DNA of 59,712 nt, the filler included, from Sphacelaria rigidula (taxonomy: Eukaryota): the NCBI GenBank assembly GCA_964200075.2. It is 5 parts of 5 records of this genome, joined end to end, with 100 filler letters (N's around TTAATTAATTAA, not from the genome) between each part and the next. Parts side by side here need not be neighbours in the genome. Positions count along the whole stretch, not along the records: positions 11,965 to 23,827 come from CAXNAA020004406.1; positions 23,928 to 35,789 come from CAXNAA020004407.1; 3 more parts are not named here. One strand, 5' to 3'. The first letter of the stretch is position 1, and each line of letters opens with the position of its first letter. Both the position numbers and the translations under genes were made by a program. The notes under the pieces are model-generated. The model saw nothing but the letters and a program-made list of their open reading frames with translations, was not told the origin of the DNA and searched no databases. This document shows positions 22,901 through 33,952 of this stretch, piece after piece.

Positions 22901-24849
22901 AATCGCTTCGGCAAGTACGATAGGAAGATGGGGACTGGAAAGAGTTATCTCGCCGGGAACTCGAGCGCCCTAAGCTGGAACGGAGGAGCCAAGGATAGAC
23001 TGCAGTCATCGATATTTACGAGTAGCTGTTGTGTGATGTGGTATATGATATCATCGCGAGAGGAATGCGGTGATGAAATAAGTGAAAAAGTAGCTCTATA
23101 TCGCTGGTACCGTACGTTTCAGTCATGAATTTCTAGTGTTCCTGTCTTATTCCTTTTTGTCGCTTTGTTAGATATTGCTCCCCATTTGGTAACATACGGG
23201 TACATGTGTGAGCCAAGGAGCGTGGGCTTTAGTTCTCAGTAGAATAGGCGTCCGTAGTTACAGAAGAGCACCCCTCAAAAGCTGCACTCCTGTAACTATT
23301 GAGCGGTTCGTGGAAAGGTTGTTTTTGGCGAGGTTCAAGCCCCGCACTACCCCAGAATCCAGTCTAACTGATCCGGGGTGTCAACGCGCGATCAAGCTAA
23401 CTAGCCGATCGTTCTCCAGCCTAACTAAGATCCCGGGAAAACGACAGCGACCGTACTTGTCTGCTGTTTCTGTCGTTGGAAAGAGCGTTATAGATTTTTT
23501 TCCTTTCCTAACAGATGGAGTTTCCCCCTGCTTATCAGGGTTCACCTATTCATTAGATCTGCAACGAGTTTTCCCCTGTACTGTAATTCAGCAGGTTTTT
23601 CTCGATTTATCTTCAGGCGTTGATGCACAGGCTTCGTTCTTTTTTCGGCCCCTCCAGCCCATAAATCCTTTTTGTTTAGCCTTATGTACAAGGCTGGGGG
23701 CATGTCATGGATTTGTTGGTCATTTTCCAGTCGACTAGGCTCCATGTGTCATACTCTTGTCATGCCTTGTGTCAGATTATCTACATATGTTTTCCCAGAG
23801 CTTTTAGGATTGATCCCAGCACGTACANNNNNNNNNNNNNNNNNNNNNNNNNNNNNNNNNNNNNNNNNNNNTTAATTAATTAANNNNNNNNNNNNNNNNN
23901 NNNNNNNNNNNNNNNNNNNNNNNNNNNTAACGGCAGTTATGATCATCGCCTCCGTGCACGTTTTTGGCCGGTTTGGGGGGGGGCTATCTCGGCAGCAGTC
24001 CTTTGTGTGGGACCTTGCGAGGTCGTGATGAAACAAGAATATGGGTGAGGTTGGGTTTTATTTTATTTTTCACTGATTGAGGGCATTTTAGTATGGTAAC
24101 GATGATTTTTTTACGAGAACGCCCGACCCTCGCAAGAAAAATAAAAAAATGAAGGCCCATTTTTTTTTTACTCAGCATACCTCTGTCGTTCTCCATGCCA
24201 AGTTTCAAATCACAAATCTAATACTTGACCTGAAAAATTGAGTTAAGGCCCAAGGGCAATATTCATTTTTCCTCAAAGCCCCCCTAAAAACACGAAAAAA
24301 GATGAAAAAAAACGAAGAAAAAACCCGGGAAAACTAAGTTTTTAATTCGTTATGCACTAGCGGTTCTCCATGCCAAATTTCATAGCACAACTCTCAAAAA
24401 CTGAGACGCGATATCCAGATTTAGGTCATCTAGTGCCTCTGCTCATAATATACTGATTTTAGTATAGAACATTATGTGCGCCATTTCTCAAGATAGATAA
24501 CGAATTAGGTGAAAGTGAGGGTATCTATCGTCTCCCCGTGCTTCAGGGAAGGTCCCCACCAAAAATCGCCATCATCCGCTCGATCGATCGTTCGGGGTTG
24601 CATATAGATTTTAATGTGGACGCTATCTCCGCCAGGTATAGGAATTACTATACATGGGGTTTACTCGACGAGGGAAAATGGGCCCAGATTTTTGAGCAGA
24701 TGGGCACCTTCCCCTTGATCAGATGATGCATACGATATGCGGATCACGGCCCAACTCGTCTGTGTCGTTGAAATATCGCTTTTGGAGCTTGAATCCGTTT
24801 TTAGGCTGGCCCAGCCTGTAGACTGCACACTCTGCTTAACGTTCGTGGA

Positions 24850-26060
24850 GTCCCCCGATGACGAAGATCGTTTGTACGTTCCCCAATAGCATGCCAGCTC
24901 GGGTTTGGCTGGGTGATCTATCAAAGTGTCTACACAGCTGCCAGAAACCCAGGCGAGACTGTTTCTCATGCTTGTTCCTGTCTAACATCTTCGGTGCAGC
25001 AGTTGCTGGCGTGATTTCGCAGCGTTTCGCAGCCGACCCGACAATCCTCTCAGCCTTGGTAGTTCTAGCTGATGCGCCGAAGAAGGAAGATGATCGCCCC
25101 GAATTCCAGACACTGCTGGCGACGGTGCTGTGCGCGGCGTGGATAATGCTGCACGGTAATGACGCAGGCATAGTCTTGAGGTTTCCATGCAGGCTTGGTA
25201 AGATGATGACTGTGGTGAGGTGGTCTGTCAGGAGTTGGGACGAGTACCATCGCGAGCAACAATACAGAAGCCGTCTGTCTATGGGCTGCACGGCTCCCCA
25301 TTGAACGCACGGCACATGTAGGCGGCAGGTCAATGGCACAAGCAGACGGTCGAGTTTGTCTAGTTGGTGATTTTGCCAGCGCAGACGCAAATGTTTTCGA
25401 TGAAAACCAAGCGCCACATCAGCGCTTTGCGGGCATGCCCCCGAAAGTGTACGTGCCAAGTCTACGACGGGCGCGATGCTTCGCTAGCGCTGTATATCCA
25501 GTTGCCACAAGTTTAGGTGGCGAAGGCTGTGCCGTATGGGTGTGGCACGCGAACGCTGTGCCCACAAGATTCCAAGAGTCTTCGCACTGCTCACCACGAG
25601 CTTCCGGTGTGGAGTTGGCTTCACAGCAAGAATCGCAGCGGGCGTAAGACTGTCGTGCAGAGCTGTGCTTCAGATGACCAAATGCGACAGTATGGAGGCG
25701 ACCATCCGCAATCGTCAACCCTGATTCGCGGGTCTTTGCCCAATAGGATGAAACACATCTCTTGGAGCCCCACAGGTTCGGGCATTGGCTACACGAGGAC
25801 CCAGGTGAGGCGGAGGACCCTCGGAACGCTAGATAGACCGCCCTCAGGAGAGCCTGCGTCCCCTGGGTGCTATCTCACGGGACACGGAACGAAGGAAGTG
25901 GTTCGTCTACGGTGGCAAGACGGCTCGCAAAATTGGGTACCTGCGTAGGAACATGACACTTGACGGTCCGAAAAGAGAACAGAGGAGTTCGATAAAGCGT
26001 GGTTACGCGAAGACCTCAACCACTCGTTTCTACCCCGCAAGCAAGAGGATGTTGCGTTGA
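24850..26060 (+). mobile_element. Decayed RTE-like LINE (RT 3' half and C-terminal region)
   Basis: Fragments across frames: LFLSNIFGAAVAGVISQRFAADPTILSALVVL...WIMLHGNDAGIV...LGKMMTV (degenerate LFNIFFAAV...MLYADDAGIV), YGCGTRTL..LRTAHH and VLQMTKCDSMEATIRNR. Many stops and frameshifts. Confidence 0.75.
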
Positions 26061-26279
26061 AAACCGTCAACAGGAGAGCCGCCACCGTTTACACAAAAGC
26101 AACAACAACCCGCGAGGAATCAGATGTGGGAATGATGGAGAAAGTTGCATGCCTCGTTCCTGATGAATGAGAGGGGGCCAAGGCGAAAAGCGATACGCCC
26201 GTGTCCTGTTCCATCGGTTGTCGACTGTGTCGATATCTTTCCGTGGCTTGCACCTCTAGCGATTCTCCCAAGCTGTGCG

Positions 26280-26400
26280 GGTGTATGTGTGTTGCCATCT
26301 CATCTATTCTGGACGTCACTCTACACCTTTTGGTATATGTGGGCGCATCAGCCGGAGTCACGAGAGGCACATCAACACCGGAGTTTCTATTTTTTGCTCG
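26280..26400 (-). mobile_element. SINE 3' fragment (same family as 37790-38133)
   Basis: Shares the core ...ctattctggacgtc..tctacacctt..ggtatatgtgggcgcatcagccgg.gtcac with 28080-28285, 37790-37880 and 58945-59105. Confidence 0.75.
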
Positions 26401-28079
26401 CTGTTTATGCCTTGCCTTATATATAGCTTCCTTTGCCTTTTGTCCTTAAATTCATGCCGTCCTCTTGTTTTCCCTTTCTTCTTTTCCTTCGTTGCCTTAA
26501 TCCCTTCTTCTGTTCTCCTCTCTCCTCTCTTCCTGAGGGACAACCTGATTCACGGGGAACGGTCTAAACTTTTTCATCAGCAAATGCCTTTTGAAATACC
26601 TACCCAGTAGTCACATACATGGCACCATACGGACCGCCATGGACAATTGACGAGGGTGGCGTGAACGGATCCTTGTTGAAGGCCGTAAGGGTGACGCTGA
26701 GGGCGAAAACGTATCAATAAGCGACCTTCGAATTATTCTGAAATTCGAAGTAGGAATTCCCAACTCAATTTTTACCCCCTCTCCAGGCACTTGAAAAGTA
26801 GTGACCGCCGTCAGCTCGGGAATCCAAGGCAAAAAATGATGAGAGAATGGTTACTATGGGGTCTGATTATACCCCAAACCGTGGTATTTCGGTCATGTGG
26901 GGTTTTGGCGTCGTCGGATTCCACTGATGATATGCACAAAAAAAGACAAGGAGCAGCCAGACGGTTTCCCTTGTTTTAGTCGTAGAACAGATCAGATCGC
27001 CCTCAAACGTGGCAGTTTGGTGGGTATAGGTGTTCCAAATGGAAATATATATGTTCTCGCAAATTATTCCAAATTATATATGCTCTATACCGGCTTCCGG
27101 GATCCAGGCATGGAGATCCCCAGCGGCCAGTTCAGAACGTTTCGAAGCAAGAAATTAAAAATGATTCCGTCTCGGGGTAGTCTGAGGAATAGTTGTACGA
27201 AGTTTTGTTGCGAAGCTCGATAAACAGATGCAAGGGGGTCGTTTTCACGTCGAAAAGTCGTTCTATACTCAAATGAACTAATTAGGAGGTTGTACCGGCA
27301 GGGCACACTTGAGCGCACACATCCACAAAATCTCACGCAGGTTGTTGGAGTTGAAATTTGAAGAATTGCGCACATGTACTTTGGGGCACTGCAAACCTTT
27401 GTGGGAATGTTTCGTTTTTTCGCCGCCCATCGAGGGTCCCAGACCGGCATGTGATATAAAAACATCCGCAAACTTTGAGATCGCCGATAACGGGCGAAAA
27501 AGGAAAATGAAAGCATTGTCGTAAAAAAAATGTAATGGTGTACAGTACATGTGTGCAAATTTCCGGAGTCTGACTTCGAAAACCCGCGTGAGGTCTTGCC
27601 GTCGAGCTCATTCGGAGTGTTCACCCTGGAGCAGCCTGTATTAGTTGTTCGAGCCGCATTCGCGCTTGCGTCCCCATTCGACAGAGCTGGGGGATAGAAG
27701 TTCGTAACTATATAGCGTACGCTCCCCAGATTGCTGAGTCGCGATCTGCTTCCACGGCACCACGTTTTGTACATCCTCCTTACCTCGAGCCCTACCGAGG
27801 ACCTATCGAGAGTTGCTCGAGGCTGATACTAGGTTTCAGCGTGGCGTTTTTTTTTCCTGTTTTTTTATCCATTCATTCTCTACCCTGCTTTCTCCTTTCG
27901 TTTTTAATCGCCCCCTTTTCCAGAGTTGTTTCAGAATTTTGCCCGACCATTGACCTCGGGTGTGTCTATCTTGTTACCACGGCTACATTTGTCGCTTTGT
28001 ACTGCACCGTAGCGGGCCGGTACGTCCGCGCGAGAGAGAGACCGTCCATATCATCATGTGCAGTCGTAGCAAAAGTTCG

Positions 28080-28285
28080 ACGTCACGGTCGACAAGGAAA
28101 AAGGACCGCTGAACCCCTCTCGCAATACAAAATAAGGCAAGCGCCGCAGAAGGAAAGTAGAGTACTAGAAAAGAAAAGAAAATCTCCCGAGTTGGCCTCC
28201 CTTCTGTGTGACCCCGGCTGATGCGCCCACATATACCGAAAGATGTAGACTGGTGTCCACAATAGATGGGATGACAACACACACA
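28080..28285 (+). mobile_element. SINE body fragment in opposite orientation, with (CA)n tail
   Basis: gtgtgaccccggctgatgcgcccacatatacc...tagatgggatgacaacacacac is the reverse complement of the family core. Confidence 0.75.
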
Positions 28286-29484
28286 CTGCACTGTAATAGG
28301 TCAGTACGTGCGCGAGAGGGAGAAAGATCATCCATATCATCGTGTGCAGTCCTAGCACACTGTGCTGTGATACCTACTGCCGCATTATACTGGCTATTGT
28401 ACTGTTTCGCTACCTGTTGCTTCATAGTCAAGCGCAACAAAAGCTCCATGCAGACTGCCCAAACACAAACCATAGCGCACCATCGGTGACCATAACGGAG
28501 AGGCGCCTGGTGATGACGTTTTTGCCGTTCTACAGAGCTGAGTGCTCCTGTCTCTGTTCGTCAACTGTTATATCATGGCCATGAAAGTTCACCCGAAAAG
28601 AAATCTGTGTTGTTGGTGCCTCCAGGTCCTCAATTTCGTCGTAGTGTTCCGGTAATGCTGGAACAAAAGTCCAGGTGCCCCTACGCCAAACACCCGACGG
28701 GAGGAACACGCGATCACGACAAGGACCAAACTGATGCTTGTGCCGCTCAGTTTGTTGTATCGGGTAGGACGAGAGCAACTAATGCGTACCACTTTTCGTC
28801 GTACTCCAAAACCGAAAAATACGGACTGACATGAAAAAAGTGCCCCGAAGATGAACTTTTCGGAACAGAACTGTCCAATTATGTCTGATGTACTATCATG
28901 GCCACTAGCCGCTGTAACCCTGGCACGCGGGAAGGTACATGATCGATTAACTGTGTAAATCACACGCCCTGTTGCTCACACGCATGTGCCTTCGGTACTG
29001 CACATGCATCGAGAGAAGAGGCTCGTTGAAGTGGTCGATTCAAATGCGCATTTCGACGAGTCTTCCGCGGGTTTAAAAAAAATCACCGGACATGCGTTTT
29101 TACTCGACGTGCTATGACCCCCCACCTTAACTATGGTATCTCGGCAGTATCTCTGCTGCATACCCGTCGATATGATCATGCGGCAATATATAGCATACTT
29201 CGTTTCCTTAGTCGAGGTGAACCTTTATTTCTTTAGTTCCCGCCAACCCTCCTGTAGGCAGCGGTGGTACACCTGGTGCATCTCCTCGCCGAAATTCAGG
29301 CCATTCTTGGGCAAGACGCCTCCTCCAGACCGTCGAAACGTTTGGTGAGCTTGTCAAAATATGCACAGACGTTACCCGTTCCCTTCGTGAAGCCTGTTTT
29401 TTTTGTTTCACATTCCTGGACTCTGCTTACGATCATGCTTTGAAATCTGGCTCTTCTGCTTTTCGCGTTCGTTTCTTTTCGCAG

Positions 29485-32400
29485 TCTGCACTGGAGTCTG
29501 GTAATCCTGTGCAACCCGAACAACTTCGTGGCGACGAAGAAACCGCAATTGCCCAACCCCCCGCAGGAACCGTCACCGCCACCTCAGCAGCAGCAACAAC
29601 AACAATCACCACGCACAGATGTTGGCGACGCCCCCTCGACTGGTGCAGTTGTCCCGCGAGAAATGGCGTCTTCAATGACAGATTTTGCAGATGAGAAGCG
29701 ACCGTTGCACTTCATGTCACAGGCATGCCAAGTGGACAAACAGGTAGTGTCGCGAGCGGGAGGCGAGCATTCGGCCAGCAACGGCTCGGTTACTCCGCCG
29801 CCACCGACCGAGCCAGCGCCCGCGGCTCACATCAGCATCAGCGCACCCCGGGCATCGGAGACTTGTTCTAGTCATGGTGATGGTGGGTGGCCGGCGTCTC
29901 CGGCATTGGCCAGGTATAACCAGCGGGTGGAAGAGGGGGAAGATAGAGATTCCAGCGGGGGTGAAACGGAATTGGAAGGGCCAGCTGAATTTGCTGTAGG
30001 AAGCGACGGTCATATTCCCAACGGCCACTGTGCGGGTGACTTGGATAGCGACCGTGGTGAGCAAGCCGATACCATGGACCAGGACGAAGGACAGCCGATG
30101 TGCACGGGAGACCTAGTTGGCGGGGGAAAGCCGGGGAGAGGAGGCGGGGATGGTGGTGGGGTTGGAGATCAAACCTCGGGGGTCGTGGATGATGTGGCAG
30201 TTGAGGACTTGATTGTCACTCTCTCACCGCAAAAAGCGGGAGAAATAGAGGAACACAGCACCCTTGATGAAAACGAAGCGAGTCGTGACCTTTCTTATGA
30301 GGACACCTCTAACGGACAACCAGACGACTCCTGGAGTCACGTACGCTCACGCCGACGCCCAGAAGAAGACTTACGAGCTTCAGGCGCCGCCAGCCGTGCA
30401 ATCGAACAATTACCGTACCAGGTACCTTCTGCTGCTGCTGAGGTGACCAATCGTGCCGGGAGAAAGATGCGAAATTGTCGACAAGGCGAACAGGCTGTAG
30501 ATGTACCTCGATGCTCACTCCAGGATATACCAGCCAGTCATGCGGGTCCCACGAAACGACCGGTGAGAAACGTTGTGGGTGTGAATCTTGGCGGCGGTGA
30601 TAGCTCCGGTGCTGGCATGGTGGATTTAACAGAAGTTGGAGAAGACGAAACCCCGATTGAAACCGTTAGGGTGGGCCCTGTATCTTCGAGGACGAGGCGG
30701 TGTCCGCAGGACTCAAGTCCAAGCCTTGCGTCTGAAGGCCCTGCTGCACTGTCTGGCGAGACACCTGTTAATTTATCATCTTCCGGACAGCCACCGGCTC
30801 GTGCTACAGTGGATTCTGCCAATCGCGGTGCGCAGCGGTGCGTGTCGCGTTCTGAAGAACGATCTGGGGGACAATACCTGGAGGATTCTCCGTCATGCGG
30901 GAATGACGACGAATTGGACACAGGCACCGGTGATGGTGAGGAGATCCGTGATGACATTCGTGCTGACATTCGTGCTGGGTGTGCCGCGGGCGAAGCTAGT
31001 AGGTCGTCGTTGATGCACGGGACAGAGACGCCTACAGCCATGCAGGAACGCAGAAGTAGCCTTGGCAGCGTTTCCAACCTAACCGACAAAGGCAATGATG
31101 AGCTTGCGTGCGAGCAAGTTGATGCGATGGACATATCGATGAATGTGCCAACAGATGATGCCGTCCCAGGTACTCTGGAAAGCTCTGTTGTTGATGGCGA
31201 TGCCGGAGGTTCTGGTTTGTGCACAGAAACTCAAGTTGCCGAAGGTGTGGCTAGTGGACCGTCGACGGGAAACGGTGAAGGCGGAGGCTTTGAAAAGGAA
31301 AGATGGGTGGAAGTTCGGGAGCCTGTTGTCGCCAATAGAAGGAAATCGAGAAGAGTGAGTGACAGGGCTCGTGTTGATGCTGGGATGGATGCTGAGATGG
31401 ATGCAATGAACAAGGAACAAATACCGTGCATGTTCATGCTGGATTCTACGAGAGGACACCGATCGCAAGAGGTCTTCAAGATAGTAAGAAAGTGAGTACA
31501 GGAGATGATTCTATTGACAGCATTTCCTTGTAAGGCACGCGTTTCCAGTATATCAGACAAGTCCACGGTAATACTGATGGAGAACCATGACCTGAACAGA
31601 GTATTTCACATCAGAGGTGGTCGACGTGAAGTATGCCATAGGGCATGGTGTGGCACTACAGTCTGTCACGCAAAGCTGTAGGTCCAGCTTTTGACCGGGA
31701 GTCAGAGAGACGGGGCTTGGTTATCCAACGAAGCAAGTACGACCATTCACAGTATTGTACGCACGAACCTCATGAAAAAAGGGGAGCAGGTTCGAAAAAT
31801 CTGCGGTGGCGTGCGACATGAAGCGTGCAAACGACGGCAGATTCCATGCTGCCGACATAAAGTTTCCCGGAGCGTTCGTCTTCCACGCTCAAGCACACCG
31901 GCGTGAGGTCTTTCTCTGGCCTCGTCCAGTAGTAGGGTCTGGCACGTACGTCCGAGTGTAGGTAATATTGCAGCGAGTTGCTCGCTTCTGTGCTGTATGA
32001 GTAACCGGTAGCGGGCATGCATCATCACAGTTCGGTATCTCTTGACCGCTGCCGTCGTTGTCGTGCTTGCTCTTTGTTACTCTTACTGCTGGAGTTTGTG
32101 CGCGTGGATCAGGATCCTAAGGGTATATGACAGAAGTCTCCCAATATATGGCTCTCGCGAACGTGTATCTGTTTGGCATTACAGTTCAGGACAAATTCGT
32201 CGACGGCGCAGCAAAAGCACATGAACCTTCAGCGAGGCCTGCGTTCAGTCACGGGAACATTACCGATGTACATCTATACCTCACCCACAAGGCACGCAAT
32301 TCGGTGTACTAGCCACGTTCTGCCTTCCATCCCTAGAACTGATGAGTCCTGCTTTCGACACACTTTTCACGGGGCATCCTGGATGTAGATGGTGCATTGT

Positions 32401-33952
32401 ATGAAGTACAAAGTAAATGTGCATCGCATATTGCAAGGTTCGGCTCTACCACACTTCACCAGAGATTATCTACCGCAGTTGAATGTTCTTGATGACCTTC
32501 ATGAAGTGCTACTTCCAACGGTCGCGCAGAATGTGGGAAAATCAATCGATGTATTCCACGAGGCTGATACATTGAACGGGTGCTGAATGATGTATACATG
32601 AACGAAGTCGTGCATCCAGAATTTCTCGAGGCCATGGGTAGGTCCGCGCGGGATACCTATACAGTATTTACGGACCAAATACGAACATTTTGTATTGATG
32701 AACACCAAACATGTACTATATGTGGAGTGGAAAGTCGTATAAATTGACGATAGGCAAATGCGCCCCACCCAGCACTCGAACATTCTGATACTTTATCGAA
32801 GTGCAATTTTACGTGCCGCTTGTTTATTTTCCCGCAGGTACGTCGAGGCCGCGTGGAATGACAGTCGACGCGATACTCTGGGACAGGCGGATGTGCGGCC
32901 GTTGACTCTTCCCGGCTGTAGCCCTCAGGTTAAGATTGGTTCTATTTCGATACGGACTACTTGTACGGACAAGAAAAACGTTGTTGTACGAGAAGCTCGT
33001 GGTCCTCGTCGATGAACCATCTACGATGGGAGAGCAATGCCGGGTTTTCTTATATGTCGTGGCTCGGAGCACCACCCGAAGCTGGGGCCCTGGTTCATGA
33101 GGGGTGGTGGGAATGTACCTGTATCCGTCAATATTCAATACCCATCCGCGCTGTATTTCTACCGTCAATCGCGACCAACCGCCTCTTATTTTGACGATCG
33201 AAAGGATGCATGTCATCTGCTGCGATTTGGGTTGGACAGGTTCCACAGCAGAGCAACGACTGCGACTGCGGCGTTTATGTCATTCATTACGCGAAGCTCT
33301 TCCTCAAGAGTGCTCCGACGATAAACAGAGGGTGAGTGAACATTCACCGTATTAACTGCAGCTGTGTGTTTTCCTGGCGTTTTTCTGGTCCACTCCCACT
33401 CGAAATACATTTTTTCGATGCCTGTGCCTGTGGTCACGCGACGGTGACTTCAGCTTCGGATATCTTGTGCTGTCTTTGCGTGTATACTCAAGCACGACCA
33501 TTAGAATCCGCTCATGATTTGTGTAGGTGTAATATCCTATTCGATATGATGTCCTCGTTCCATGAGTGAACCATCGTGTATAAGTTTCACCAGTGAGGGT
33601 GGCCTGTTTGGTGGACGAGTTTTGTCCGGTATTCTTGTCCTTCCCATCACGTCTGATTGACATAGTTGGCGTAGCAAAACGTTTCATCGCAAGAGCATCG
33701 CTCACGAGTAATAGCAGTGGTAGTAGAAGCTGTATGACTCAAGCTCGATGTTTTGACATGAAAATACGCCCCTTTTCGTTTGTTTCGCGGGTTTTTCGCA
33801 GCGTGTTTCATAATAGCGGGAGGGGCGTGTTCAGCAAGAAATGGTTCAAGGAGAGCTGTATCCGTCAAGAACGGCGGAATATCAGGAACACCGTCGAGGC
33901 GCTCCGGTGGGAAGCTTTGCAGCAGCAGCGCAACGGCAGCAGTCCATGCTGA
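29485..33952 (+). CDS. Ulp1-family (C48) SUMO protease, SENP6/7-Ulp2-like, 5'-partial
   Basis: Phase-consistent GT-AG exons: 29485-31491 (LHWSLVILCNP ... long low-complexity insert ... IPCMFMLDSTRGHRSQEVFKIVRK), 32838-32928 (YVEAAWNDS...PGCSPQ), 33240-33331 (VPQQSNDCDCGVYVIHYAKLFL), 33802-33906 or -33952 (KWFKESCIRQERRNIR). Catalytic His 29489, Asp 31442, oxyanion Gln and Cys 33267 are all present. Upstream exons not found; 3' end uncertain (possible tiny terminal exon at 34630-34642). Confidence 0.9.

Larger units (their letters stand above)
14615..23827 (+). mobile_element. Tandem of a ~5.36-kb non-autonomous LTR element (LARD-like) sharing one LTR
   Basis: 14615-~18471 is repeated at 20019-23827 with high but imperfect identity (offset ~5.35-5.40 kb). 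A purine-rich tract aaggctgggggca followed by TGTCATGG occurs at 18347 and 23703. The first LTR ends ...ttgtgaCA (18750/18801) and is followed by a TGG-PBS. No gag-pol ORF. Confidence 0.75.

Noticed and set aside
3257-33952. Ubiquitin/SUMO gene cluster (UBLCP1 + SENP), or a TE-rich sex-determining region
   Set aside because: The genes lie on different concatenated contigs; adjacency reflects length sorting only.
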